From positions 1 through 54,119 of IMG/VR virus record IMGVR_UViG_3300022939_001635: 54,119 nt of DNA. One strand, 5' to 3'. Below the pieces are notes generated by a model that did not search any database, was not told where the DNA came from, and saw nothing but the letters and a program-made list of their open reading frames with translations. The DNA is from a virus. Taxonomy: Duplodnaviria; Caudoviricetes. Of the stretch, positions 29,370 to 38,559 are shown piece by piece (position 1 is the first letter of the stretch; every line of letters starts with the position of its first letter). Made by a program: the position numbers and the translations under genes.

Positions 29370-30812
29370 ATGGCAGATTTTATACCAGGTGAAGCATATA
29401 GATTAGATATTGTAGGCGCAGACGAATCTACACTTGTCGATAGTTGGCAAGGTGTTATTAAAGCAGATGTTGTATCAAACGAAGGATTAATTCAGGTTGA
29501 TGTTTCAACTGGAAAATTATATGGACCATTAGTTGGTGACATTCATGATCCAGAAGGTAATGTAGTTTATAATGCCAGCGAACGTTTATTTAAAGCAGAT
29601 GTATTAGGTAGTGTATATGATAACAGTGGCGCAACAAAACTTATTGACGGTATTAATGCTAGAATCAATGCGCCGGTTTACGGAAATGTTGTTGATCCAG
29701 AAGGCACAACTATTGTTGATGCTTCAAATAGGACTATTTCTGCTACAACAATTACAGGTGATTTGTATGGAGATGTCTATGGCAACATCACAAGCGAAGG
29801 TGTTGTATATGGTACATTTAGTGGCGACTTTAACGGTACTTCATATGGTGAATTTTTTGGTAATAGTGTAGGCGAGCACACTGGCGATGTTATTGGCGAT
29901 GTTACTGGTAATGTTACTGGTGTTGTTTTTGGTCGTTTAGATGGTACTGTTACTGTTACCTGGACTGAAGAAGAAGGACCAGTTCCACTGCATGGATGGA
30001 ATCCACAATTTAATCAACACGAATTTCTTGGAGGTATAGGTTCACCCCACATGCCAGCTGAAGGCGAAACTGCAAGAGGACCAGTTTTAATAGTTGGGGA
30101 AAATAGAGGAGAAACTGCACTTAGAGCAAATGTAATCCATTACAATGGCCAAGAAATTATTACACTACACGATCCTGTTGATCCAACTAATGCGTATGCA
30201 CCTGCAACCATAAGAGGACATTTTGATGGCAAGGTTATTTGGGAAGATCCAATTGATGAATGTCAAGATGTTTTAAGTTGTAGTGAGCAAGGAACTGTGT
30301 TACACGCTGTTAATGGTGTAGTAACAATTGGTGGTTATATTACAGATGATATAGATTGTGACATAAATATTTTTTCAGATGCAATTACAGTAGAAACAAG
30401 CACAGATGAAGAATTTTTAAATGTTAAAAATTATAATGGTACGGTAACTGCAAAAACTGCTATAGGACCTGACAACACACTTGCAATTATTTCAAGTGCA
30501 GGTTACAATGGAACAGACTTTGTTCCTGGTGGAAGGTTTGGTATCTATGCAGATGCTACACCAACAGATACACACGTAGAAAGTAAATTTATTGTTAGTT
30601 TGCCAAAAGGAAACGCCAATACTGAGCATACTAATCCAAGACGTTTGAGCTTTGATGGCGACGGTGTACTCACAGTACCAGTGTTCAAAGCAAGAGGTAC
30701 AACTTTTGCAGACAGAGATAGTATGATTGCAGAAGCAGGTATGATTATTTTCAATGTTAACACAAATAAATTCCAAGGGTATGACGGAACTAATTGGATT
30801 GATTTACACTAA
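29370..30812 (+). CDS. virion structural or fibre-like protein
   Basis: Acidic and Gly/Thr/Val-rich. It has ~23-aa G(D/N/S)V.D..G..(V/I)D repeats, a GD(V/L)xG run, and C-terminal GMIIFNVNTNKFQGYDGTNW typical of phage fibre modules. Confidence 0.65.
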   Translation: MADFIPGEAYRLDIVGADESTLVDSWQGVIKADVVSNEGLIQVDVSTGKLYGPLVGDIHDPEGNVVYNASERLFKADVLGSVYDNSGATKLIDGINARINAPVYGNVVDPEGTTIVDASNRTISATTITGDLYGDVYGNITSEGVVYGTFSGDFNGTSYGEFFGNSVGEHTGDVIGDVTGNVTGVVFGRLDGTVTVTWTEEEGPVPLHGWNPQFNQHEFLGGIGSPHMPAEGETARGPVLIVGENRGETALRANVIHYNGQEIITLHDPVDPTNAYAPATIRGHFDGKVIWEDPIDECQDVLSCSEQGTVLHAVNGVVTIGGYITDDIDCDINIFSDAITVETSTDEEFLNVKNYNGTVTAKTAIGPDNTLAIISSAGYNGTDFVPGGRFGIYADATPTDTHVESKFIVSLPKGNANTEHTNPRRLSFDGDGVLTVPVFKARGTTFADRDSMIAEAGMIIFNVNTNKFQGYDGTNWIDLH

Positions 30813-30821
30813 AAGTAAAGG

Positions 30822-30849
30822 TTGACTTACACAATATCTCTGTTATAAT
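30822..30849 (+). promoter_or_regulatory. sigma70-type promoter with extended -10
   Basis: TTGACT (30822-30827), 16-nt spacer, TGnTATAAT (30841-30849). GGAGG at 30867-30871. Confidence 0.75.
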
Positions 30850-30881
30850 TAAAACACTAGAAATTTGGAGGTTCTTTCAGT

Positions 30882-31871
30882 ATGATCTATATCGATGGCG
30901 TAGAATATTTAAAAAGTGATAATGAACACGTTAGGGAATCTGTTATCAATTATCTTAATAACTGGAATATTACAGTTAGTACAAGTGGAACAACAGGCAA
31001 ACCAAAAACATATCAACACAGTGAAAAACTAATGAGACAAGTTGCAGAATACAATGCAGAATATTTTATGCTCGATTCTAATAGTAGTATGATGGCGTTG
31101 TACAATCCTAGAGGTATTGGGTTTACAAGTATGAGCTTATATCCTTGTCACGTTGCAAAGTGTGATACATTCATCGAGACAACAGTTGCAAATCTACCAG
31201 ATAGAATACGCGAAGTGCAGCCAACAAATATGTTAATTCTTCCTAATGTTTGGAAAACTTGGCATAGACACAAGAAATGGAAAAACTTAGATTTAAGTTG
31301 TATGAAGCAAATGCAAGTTGGAAGTGATATTACTCCTACAGGACTAATGGAAGATTTACGAGCACGTGGTGCACAACAAGTAAACACAGGTTATGGAAGT
31401 ACAGAAGTACCACCTATCATTATGAGTACAGAACGCCAAGATATTTACAAATTCAGTGATATCAATCCAAATATTGATTTCAAATTTGTTGAGCACGATG
31501 ACGGCAGTACCGAATTTTACTGCAAATACAAAGAACAAACAGAATGGTGGGACAGCGGCGATCTTGTTGAATTTAACAGTGCAGATGAATTTAGATTGTC
31601 TGGAAGAAGATACAATGCATTTAAAATGGAAAATTGCGGCGACAGGGTATATCCAGAACAAATTGAAAAAGTTGCTATTGAAAATGGTGCAAGTTTAGCA
31701 CTATGTAGGAAAGTTGCTCATGAATGTGTTGTGTATTACACTGGAGATTTAGATGTTGAAAACTTTACCAAACAACATAAATGTGCATATGAAATTAAAC
31801 CCATCAAAGTAAATGAAATTAAAGTAGATGACAATCTACGTAAAATTTCTAGGAATCAAGAATTTGTATAG
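30882..31871 (+). CDS. compact ANL-family adenylating enzyme (acyl-CoA synthetase-like)
   Basis: TSGTTGKPK P-loop, GYGSTE, SGD, LSGR, VYPEQIE, and terminal RKISR lysine motif. Confidence 0.85.
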   Translation: MIYIDGVEYLKSDNEHVRESVINYLNNWNITVSTSGTTGKPKTYQHSEKLMRQVAEYNAEYFMLDSNSSMMALYNPRGIGFTSMSLYPCHVAKCDTFIETTVANLPDRIREVQPTNMLILPNVWKTWHRHKKWKNLDLSCMKQMQVGSDITPTGLMEDLRARGAQQVNTGYGSTEVPPIIMSTERQDIYKFSDINPNIDFKFVEHDDGSTEFYCKYKEQTEWWDSGDLVEFNSADEFRLSGRRYNAFKMENCGDRVYPEQIEKVAIENGASLALCRKVAHECVVYYTGDLDVENFTKQHKCAYEIKPIKVNEIKVDDNLRKISRNQEFV

Positions 31872-32457
31872 ATTTGAAGCGTACGACGGATCACAAGATC
31901 TAACACAATGGTTTGAAGATGCAGAAAAGCATGGATACTACAATAATAGTAGTAAAGAAATGCTTATTGATTATATTGCAAAATACGAAGATGCAACTCT
32001 ATTTTTACTTTACTACAACGATAAAATTGTAGGTAACAGTGTAGTGCATAGTTTAAAAAGCCTAGGTATACTAGGAAAAAATGCCTATCGTATTGGTGCT
32101 AGAACTTGCTTAGTTAGAGACCATATTGACGGTAATAGAGTTTATGCTCCTAGATCGTGGGGACCAATAAATCATCATACGCTACAAATGTTATTTCCAA
32201 TTTGCATTGAACATGTTGGTAGAGATAAACCAGTTTATATCAGTACGCACGAAGGCGGTGTAGGCAGTCAAAACCGTGTTCATAGAGTTTGGACTAAGCG
32301 TTTTACTAATCAACTCGGTGTAACAAAAGATCCAATTGAACTAGAATACAAAGGCACATTTCAAACATTTTATCGTATCGACGTTGATCGCTTGTACGAA
32401 TTGTTAAAAGATGCAAGATGGCCTGAAGCAGAACAAGCTGTTCCGCTTTTTAGTTAA
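31828..32457 (+). CDS. hypothetical protein, possible GNAT-fold acyltransferase
   Basis: LFLLYYNDKIVG strand followed by YRIGARTC. Coupled to the adenylation gene. Start uncertain (could be TTG ~31864). Confidence 0.4.
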   Translation: MTIYVKFLGIKNLYRFEAYDGSQDLTQWFEDAEKHGYYNNSSKEMLIDYIAKYEDATLFLLYYNDKIVGNSVVHSLKSLGILGKNAYRIGARTCLVRDHIDGNRVYAPRSWGPINHHTLQMLFPICIEHVGRDKPVYISTHEGGVGSQNRVHRVWTKRFTNQLGVTKDPIELEYKGTFQTFYRIDVDRLYELLKDARWPEAEQAVPLFS

Positions 32458-33827
32458 ACATACTTTTTACAAAGTTCAAAAAAATCTGACATTTCAGGAA
32501 ACGCTGCGGTAAAATCATTTCCGCGGCGTTTGTCTTGTTCTGTAAAGAAGTTATGAAAATCTCTACGTCCTTGAATAATTTTATCCAATGGATATTCTGT
32601 AGTTTCCATGTAGTCTACAACTCTACGAAACTTTTCATACTCAATAGTACTAAAGGCATCTTTACGATTATCATCTACGTTCTCTTTTATAAATTGTAAA
32701 TGATCATACATATAACTCATATAATTTTTTGGCAGTATGTTGATATCGTATTGCAATGGCTCTTTTAAATGTGGTGTATCAAAACCCAAACGCTGCCATC
32801 TGTGTGTTTCAACATCGTTGTACTTAGCACGCCATTCTAATATTTTTTCTAATAGTGTGCGGAATGTTGTTACACTGAATATGTTAAACGTAATCATCAA
32901 CACCATAGGTGCTTCACAGTTGCGCATAAAATAATCCAAGTTGCGTTCAAACACCTCAACGTCTAATCCGTCACGTATGTATTCTGCACGTTTGCCCCAA
33001 GTATCAATACTTGTAAACATTTTAAAACGTTTTATTTTATTGTCTGTTAGCAAGTCATTTACACGATTTGTAAACTTTTCTAACTGCTTTGGTTTTCCAC
33101 CTAAATTGCTGTTGCAGTTTAGTTCCAGTTCTGGCTTAGGATCTGCGTCTAACATATCAAACAGTTTGTATGTGCTTTGTTGTATTGTTGGCTCGCCTCC
33201 TGTTATACGCAGTATGTGTAGCTCTTTACTAAGCTCAGGCCACCACCGCCAAAATGCATCTAAATATGGATTATTTTCTTCTTCAAATATTTGAAACCAG
33301 TCAATATCACATCGGTGATTTTTTACGTTTGTGTACGGACCGTGCTGTTTGATTTCTTGATAGTATCTGCTGCTGGCTTTGGGATGACAGTATCCGCAAC
33401 GGAAATTACATTCGTTGCCAAACGATACTTCCAAGTATTCAGGATTTACATCAAACTCTGCACCACCTTCTTTTACAGCATTTAGTCTATGCTTGAAAAA
33501 AATAGTTTGATTACGTTGTTTGCGATCACTAACATAATCTTTACCCATTGCTTCAATTTTCCAGCAATAGTTGCAACCACTAGGCTGTTCACCACGCATC
33601 ATAGCAGCACGTTCTTGTTTCTTTTGCGCTGTATTGTGTATTGCACTTGGATTTTCTAATAATGGTGCTGTGTCAATCTTATGAGGAGCGGGGTGATAAC
33701 AACTGTGTGTTTCTCCTGTTTGAAAATATATATTTGCGTGATACCACTTTGCAAAACAAAACGTAGGAGATATTTCCTGCGTAATAGCATCAATACGCTT
33801 GATTTCTTCGCTTTCGCTACGCTCCAT
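32454..33827 (-). CDS. radical SAM protein with N-terminal Twitch-like domain (His-rich variant)
   Basis: FCFAKW...HSCYHP...CNYC; CNFRCGYC; TGGEP; NSN; SID; YIRDG; QDKRRG. Confidence 0.9.
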   Translation of the reverse strand: MERSESEEIKRIDAITQEISPTFCFAKWYHANIYFQTGETHSCYHPAPHKIDTAPLLENPSAIHNTAQKKQERAAMMRGEQPSGCNYCWKIEAMGKDYVSDRKQRNQTIFFKHRLNAVKEGGAEFDVNPEYLEVSFGNECNFRCGYCHPKASSRYYQEIKQHGPYTNVKNHRCDIDWFQIFEEENNPYLDAFWRWWPELSKELHILRITGGEPTIQQSTYKLFDMLDADPKPELELNCNSNLGGKPKQLEKFTNRVNDLLTDNKIKRFKMFTSIDTWGKRAEYIRDGLDVEVFERNLDYFMRNCEAPMVLMITFNIFSVTTFRTLLEKILEWRAKYNDVETHRWQRLGFDTPHLKEPLQYDINILPKNYMSYMYDHLQFIKENVDDNRKDAFSTIEYEKFRRVVDYMETTEYPLDKIIQGRRDFHNFFTEQDKRRGNDFTAAFPEMSDFFELCKKYV

Positions 33828-34744
33828 TAATTTTCTCTATCTAAAAATTTTGTACTGTTGTCTCTTACAGGATTTTGATATACACTTTTAAAGAATGCAC
33901 TTTGTTGTGCATTTAAACATTCTTCAGCGATTGGAATGTCTAATTCGTGAATTAGTTTTGCACCAAGATCTTCGGTTTGCTCTTCCATATCAGAAATGTC
34001 TTTGGTACTCCAATAATTGTTCAAATAATCAAAGTCACGTACATTTATATAATCCCAGTCTGTACACATGGTCTTGTATAGACCTTCTCTTGCACCATGT
34101 ATCGCCCAACGTCCGTTTTCAACATCAGCACCTACCATTAACCAAATATAAAGTCTGTGCAAGTTTTTCCAATGGTTACGTTTAAAGCCTTCATAGTCAG
34201 GCCGTACACCTTGATCTAATGCCATTTTAACACCTTCACGGAAACCAGCACGCCAGGCTTGCTGTGGTGTTGCATTGTTGTGTATGGTACTAAATGTACC
34301 ATTCATTTGTATGTACTGAGTATCCCAACAAAAGTCTACTTGTGCATGTGGATTGTCTGCAGGTGCATTTTCATGTGTACGCATATTTAGAACATGCTGT
34401 TTAGGCCAACACTTTAATCCACCGTTGCCGTAACTAAGTCCATTGATAATATTTTTTGCTGTCCAGCTAATAACCTTGTTAGTCAAATCTGTGTCTTCGT
34501 CAAAATCAATAGATTGATTTAAAAAGTCATCATTTATAATATTGTCAGCATCAACAGTAATAAATCTGTCTGTTGTAGATTTTTCTGCTGCTGCTTTGTG
34601 CGCACTATCGCTGCCTTTTACCCCACTAACGTGTTCAGCCCAAGGGCATTTGCTAACTAAATCAGCATAATTTTTTTCTGCATTTGGTTCATCGTAACTT
34701 AGATAGATAATGTCATAGTCAACGACTCTAAATGTATTACTCAT
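33827..34744 (-). CDS. glycosyltransferase-like protein (paralog of 28247..29299)
   Basis: YLSYDEPNA, AHKAAA, TVDAD (DxD), YGNGGLK, AWRAGFREG. Confidence 0.6.
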   Translation of the reverse strand: MSNTFRVVDYDIIYLSYDEPNAEKNYADLVSKCPWAEHVSGVKGSDSAHKAAAEKSTTDRFITVDADNIINDDFLNQSIDFDEDTDLTNKVISWTAKNIINGLSYGNGGLKCWPKQHVLNMRTHENAPADNPHAQVDFCWDTQYIQMNGTFSTIHNNATPQQAWRAGFREGVKMALDQGVRPDYEGFKRNHWKNLHRLYIWLMVGADVENGRWAIHGAREGLYKTMCTDWDYINVRDFDYLNNYWSTKDISDMEEQTEDLGAKLIHELDIPIAEECLNAQQSAFFKSVYQNPVRDNSTKFLDREN

Positions 34745-35285
34745 TTACTACCTCAAAAAAGTAACTGTCAAATCTACGTGTAGTATACACTGAAATTTCA
34801 TCATCGTCAAATTCAAAATTGTCTGTAAAAGGTAATTGCATAGTTTCATCAAAGTTTAGTAGTTTGTACAGTACGTTTGGATCACTTTGTTTAGTTACAC
34901 TAAAATAATAATTACTCATATCAATTGTTATTTTTTGATCATTTATTTGTTTTTCAAACGTTTTATCAATAGACAGTTGCCATTGTCTTTTTAAATTATT
35001 TTTTGTAATTACTATTTGTTTTTCTTCCGGCACAGTTGTAGGAATCTCATATAAAAATGCCCACATGAGTTTGTCATCGTTAAGTTGTTTTTGGCTTTTG
35101 ATGTTATATTTTTTTTCTATAAAATCAAACTCAACTTTGTGTTCTAATAAACTACACTTTCCTGTGATAAAATCTTCTACCTCAGTAAAATCTACTTCTA
35201 AGTTTTGAAACCTATCATCTGGTTTATTTGTAATTTTGTAAATAGATCCGTCTTCTTCAAAGCACACATAACGTTTTATCTGCAT
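34737..35285 (-). CDS. hypothetical protein
   Basis: 182-aa ORF in the operon with no recognised motif. Confidence 0.7.
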   Translation of the reverse strand: MQIKRYVCFEEDGSIYKITNKPDDRFQNLEVDFTEVEDFITGKCSLLEHKVEFDFIEKKYNIKSQKQLNDDKLMWAFLYEIPTTVPEEKQIVITKNNLKRQWQLSIDKTFEKQINDQKITIDMSNYYFSVTKQSDPNVLYKLLNFDETMQLPFTDNFEFDDDEISVYTTRRFDSYFFEVVNE

Positions 35286-35286
35286 A

Positions 35287-36135
35287 TTATATTCCTAAAT
35301 ATGTTTCATATTTTTTTACAATATTACTTGTAACAAAATCTTTTTCTGTATAATGAAAAATACCAGTTTGTTGATAATTGCCAATCTTTAATTTTAGTTC
35401 ATTATCTAAATAAACACCTACTCTGTCTTGCCATCTATAACTAAAATTATCTATCCAATTTTGCACTTTTGGTTTCATGTGTACAAAACTTGGATATCTA
35501 GTTTTTTCGTTTGTAATTAAATGTTGATTATCCATTATTAAACTTGCTATTGCTGCTGTTATATCCATACTAGGATGCGGTAGGTGTTTTAATGAATTGT
35601 TGACCTGCATATAAAATTGTTGCCAATTATTGGTAATTAGTTCTAACCAATTATTAAACTCGTGTGCTGTGTCACTCTTTTTAAAGTAATGAAATCCGTT
35701 GTATAAATTAGGCAAATTAAAATTATAAAATATTTTTCTGTAATGAGAATCTTTTGGAATTTGTTCCCCTCTATATGTAGTAACAGTACTTGTATAAAAT
35801 AGATCATAATTTTGTAAAAAATCAAACCACAAGGACAAATCATCCAATACAAGCATATCAGTGTCTATAACAGCCGTTTCAGTATAGGGAATCGCATGAT
35901 AAATTTTCCAACGGTTACTAACTTTCCAATTTTCATTTTCGGCATGATCTCCCCACGGAATATCTACAATGTCATCAAAAACTTGTTTATACTTTGTAGG
36001 AACTGGATCATTTGTAATTAAACAAATTTTGCTGTTTTTGTTTGTAGCTTTGATACTCATAGCTGCAAGATATGCTTGACGCACGTAGTCAAAATCACTG
36101 TTTTGTGCCAACATTGTAAAATTATTTGTTTTCAA
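35287..36135 (-). CDS. glycosyltransferase-like protein (GT-A, GT8-like)
   Basis: AMSIK, ICLITN, FDDIV, PYTETAVIDTDM (DxD), NGFHYFKK, late H motifs (FVHMK, FHY). Confidence 0.7.
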   Translation of the reverse strand: MKTNNFTMLAQNSDFDYVRQAYLAAMSIKATNKNSKICLITNDPVPTKYKQVFDDIVDIPWGDHAENENWKVSNRWKIYHAIPYTETAVIDTDMLVLDDLSLWFDFLQNYDLFYTSTVTTYRGEQIPKDSHYRKIFYNFNLPNLYNGFHYFKKSDTAHEFNNWLELITNNWQQFYMQVNNSLKHLPHPSMDITAAIASLIMDNQHLITNEKTRYPSFVHMKPKVQNWIDNFSYRWQDRVGVYLDNELKLKIGNYQQTGIFHYTEKDFVTSNIVKKYETYLGI

Positions 36136-36955
36136 TAATTCTCTCCAAACTAAATTTGTTCATCACATGACAATTGCTGCCTTTTAATTTTACAGCAGTA
36201 TATTCACCAAACCTATTTGTTTTCTGCACTAAAATTTTGATTTCGTCATCTACTATGTCAATTAATACATCTTTATCTATAGCATAAAACTTTTTACCAG
36301 GCAATGCACCTGCAAATTCTCCAGCTTGATAGCCATTCATAATGTGTATTGCCATACTAAATGCAAAATCATTTCTAAACACTGTAGTCCTAAATTGATA
36401 CATGCTTCGATAATGTAGATAGTTTTCATGTATGTGTTTAATTAAATCAAAAAATATTTTTGTATCTTGAGATTTTCTAAAAAAGAATACTGTTGCCCAG
36501 TAAAAATCAACACTAGTATCGCTTACCCTTTGGAATTCAGGAGTACCTGTATGTATTCCTATGTGTGTAGCATCTTTATAGATTAGAAAGTTTTTGTTTT
36601 GTATAAAACAATTATTCAGTAAATTATTTGAAATAATAAAATCTGTGTCCATGACAATAGTTTGTTCATAGGGAGTTAAATCATATGCAAATGCTCTATC
36701 GTTATTATAAAATTTAGTTATTTTATCATACATATCGCCGTCACAATGGCGCTTGGTGGTGCTTTTTGCCACTGATAATGTAGATGGAATAACTTGATCA
36801 AATACCTTTGATTGTTCTTTTGTTAATTTGTTACTTGTAACTAAACTAACAGGTAATTGTAAATACTTTTCAATCCGTTTTGCCAAATATACTGCTTGTT
36901 TTACATAATCAATACTTCCATTGTTATTGGCAAATAACAATACACCTCTGCTCAT
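36122..36955 (-). CDS. glycosyltransferase-like protein (GT-A, GT8-like paralog)
   Basis: VSLVTS, FDQVI, TPYEQTIVMDTD (DxD), WATVFFFRK, FRND, HVMNK. Confidence 0.7.
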   Translation of the reverse strand: MSRGVLLFANNNGSIDYVKQAVYLAKRIEKYLQLPVSLVTSNKLTKEQSKVFDQVIPSTLSVAKSTTKRHCDGDMYDKITKFYNNDRAFAYDLTPYEQTIVMDTDFIISNNLLNNCFIQNKNFLIYKDATHIGIHTGTPEFQRVSDTSVDFYWATVFFFRKSQDTKIFFDLIKHIHENYLHYRSMYQFRTTVFRNDFAFSMAIHIMNGYQAGEFAGALPGKKFYAIDKDVLIDIVDDEIKILVQKTNRFGEYTAVKLKGSNCHVMNKFSLERIIENK

Positions 36956-37299
36956 AAATTAACAACACTTTCTACAGTTCTGTTTTTCTTTAATTGATTG
37001 TATTCAACAAGATAACTATTTGCTGCTTCAAAGTATTTGGTAACAATTTCACTTAAAAAATTGTTTAAATCATCTACTGCAATAGGCAAATCATTATCAT
37101 CAATCAAGATAGTTTCGTCTTGATTAAGACTAACTAAACTTTGACAAAAACTTACAAGTCCTTGTGTAACTGTAAATTGCCCACCATTGTAATAATATAC
37201 AAGATTTTCTTGATATTGCTCTTTTAACAATCTTTTTTGATTGTTTAATGTAATCATATAATTGCTATGATCAAGTGCTTTCTGAAGACGTTCGTCCAT
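36952..37299 (-). CDS. hypothetical phage protein
   Basis: 115-aa ORF with AGGAGG RBS (37305-37310), first gene behind a consensus promoter. Confidence 0.75.
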   Translation of the reverse strand: MDERLQKALDHSNYMITLNNQKRLLKEQYQENLVYYYNGGQFTVTQGLVSFCQSLVSLNQDETILIDDNDLPIAVDDLNNFLSEIVTKYFEAANSYLVEYNQLKKNRTVESVVNL

Positions 37300-37320
37300 G
37301 TATTCCTCCTACATAACATT

Positions 37321-37349
37321 ATTATATAGTAGTTTTTTTCGATTGTCAA
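37321..37349 (-). promoter_or_regulatory. perfect-consensus sigma70 promoter
   Basis: TTGACA (37349-37344), 17-nt spacer, TATAAT (37326-37321). Confidence 0.85.
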
Positions 37350-38513
37350 TTAAAAGTCGGAATTTTTTACACCAGTCGGAGTTTCTAAAACAATACCATT
37401 ATAAGTAACACCGTCATACACAAATGTACTGTTTGGTGTTTTTGTGTAAACTGTGCTTGTAATATTTGCTGTTACACTTTCATCAACTAAAGTACCTCTA
37501 TCAGTTTCTCCAGGATATCCAGACTGACCACCTGTGCCTAAATCAGCATCATCAACTTCTATTCTAAATTGTAATTGTGTTGCAGTTGCAAATGCAGTAT
37601 TTGTTCTTGCATATATCCTAAACACGTTGTCGTCGTATATAGTTGTACCCGTTGGATCTCCAATATTTGGATTACCTATGGTAGAACCACCAAACTTTTC
37701 AAATATTTTAGTCCATGTAGTACCGCTTCCAATAGTAGTATTACTAAAGCCAGTACCCGACCCTGGAGAAATAGCTTCGCATTCCCATGTGGTTTGATTT
37801 CTGCGTCTAAATCTTACTGTTCCAGCACCTGATAATGTTTGGGCCCAATCCCAATCCTTTGTGTTAGGAGTTCCTGTACTACCTCCTGATGCACTAGCTT
37901 GGAATAATATTTCACCGCCTGCTGCTAGATAGTAAATTAAGGCATTGTGACTGCCAAAATCTACAGTTACTTCGTGTCTAATTACTTTTACTGCATCGGA
38001 ACTTCCGCCAAACTGTGTAGTTCTTGTACTACTGGTGCTTGTTCCTCCAGTAGTTTCAAGTGGCTCTAAACCTGTAAAACTGCTGCTAGGAAATTCTGTA
38101 CTTGCATGATTAAATGCTAATACTGTATCAGCTATTGTATCTAAATCTAATTTGTGTTGCCATTCGATTAAATCTCTATTAGGAATGTCAACATCATTTG
38201 GATATGTAGTTTTGCCTTGAAATTCAGTTGGAGATATGTCAGCAGCTAATGATCCATAACAATGATTATGTCCAGCTTGCAAATCTAGCCACAAATTAAA
38301 GTGTTGATCTTCAGTAACAATATCACTTACACCAGGCGTATTTCCTCCAACAACAATATCACTTGTAAAATTTCTTCCGTAACCACCACTGGTTGTAAGA
38401 GGTGTTGTTAAACTGCCATACTCTACATACACCGAAACACTGCCTAATCTTCCAGCAACAAGTTCTCTAATTGCATTATAATGTGATGCTAATATCGGGG
38501 TATTTTGAGCCAT
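37350..38513 (-). CDS. virion structural protein (tail/baseplate associated)
   Basis: Gly/Thr/Ser-rich, paralogous to 38560..39462 (A..YN, GY, V.F.S, AGG.I.F.AS, DE.V), and sits among fibre genes. Confidence 0.6.
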   Translation of the reverse strand: MAQNTPILASHYNAIRELVAGRLGSVSVYVEYGSLTTPLTTSGGYGRNFTSDIVVGGNTPGVSDIVTEDQHFNLWLDLQAGHNHCYGSLAADISPTEFQGKTTYPNDVDIPNRDLIEWQHKLDLDTIADTVLAFNHASTEFPSSSFTGLEPLETTGGTSTSSTRTTQFGGSSDAVKVIRHEVTVDFGSHNALIYYLAAGGEILFQASASGGSTGTPNTKDWDWAQTLSGAGTVRFRRRNQTTWECEAISPGSGTGFSNTTIGSGTTWTKIFEKFGGSTIGNPNIGDPTGTTIYDDNVFRIYARTNTAFATATQLQFRIEVDDADLGTGGQSGYPGETDRGTLVDESVTANITSTVYTKTPNSTFVYDGVTYNGIVLETPTGVKNSDF

Positions 38514-38530
38514 TTACATTCCTTTTAAAT

Positions 38531-38559
38531 ATTGTAATACTAATTATCTTTTTTGTCAA
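38531..38559 (-). promoter_or_regulatory. sigma70-type promoter with a nested late-like motif
   Basis: TTGACA (38559-38554), 17-nt spacer, TACAAT (38536-38531). GATAATTA (38548-38541) lies inside the spacer. Confidence 0.65.

Noticed and set aside
1-33827. RiPP (peptide natural product) cluster or cofactor pathway (MoaA, PqqE, NifB, anaerobic sulfatase maturase)
   Set aside because: No evident precursor array, RRE domain, protease, exporter or partner genes. GTs and SGNH proteins point to glycan-type chemistry. Not strictly excluded, so no gene symbols were assigned.
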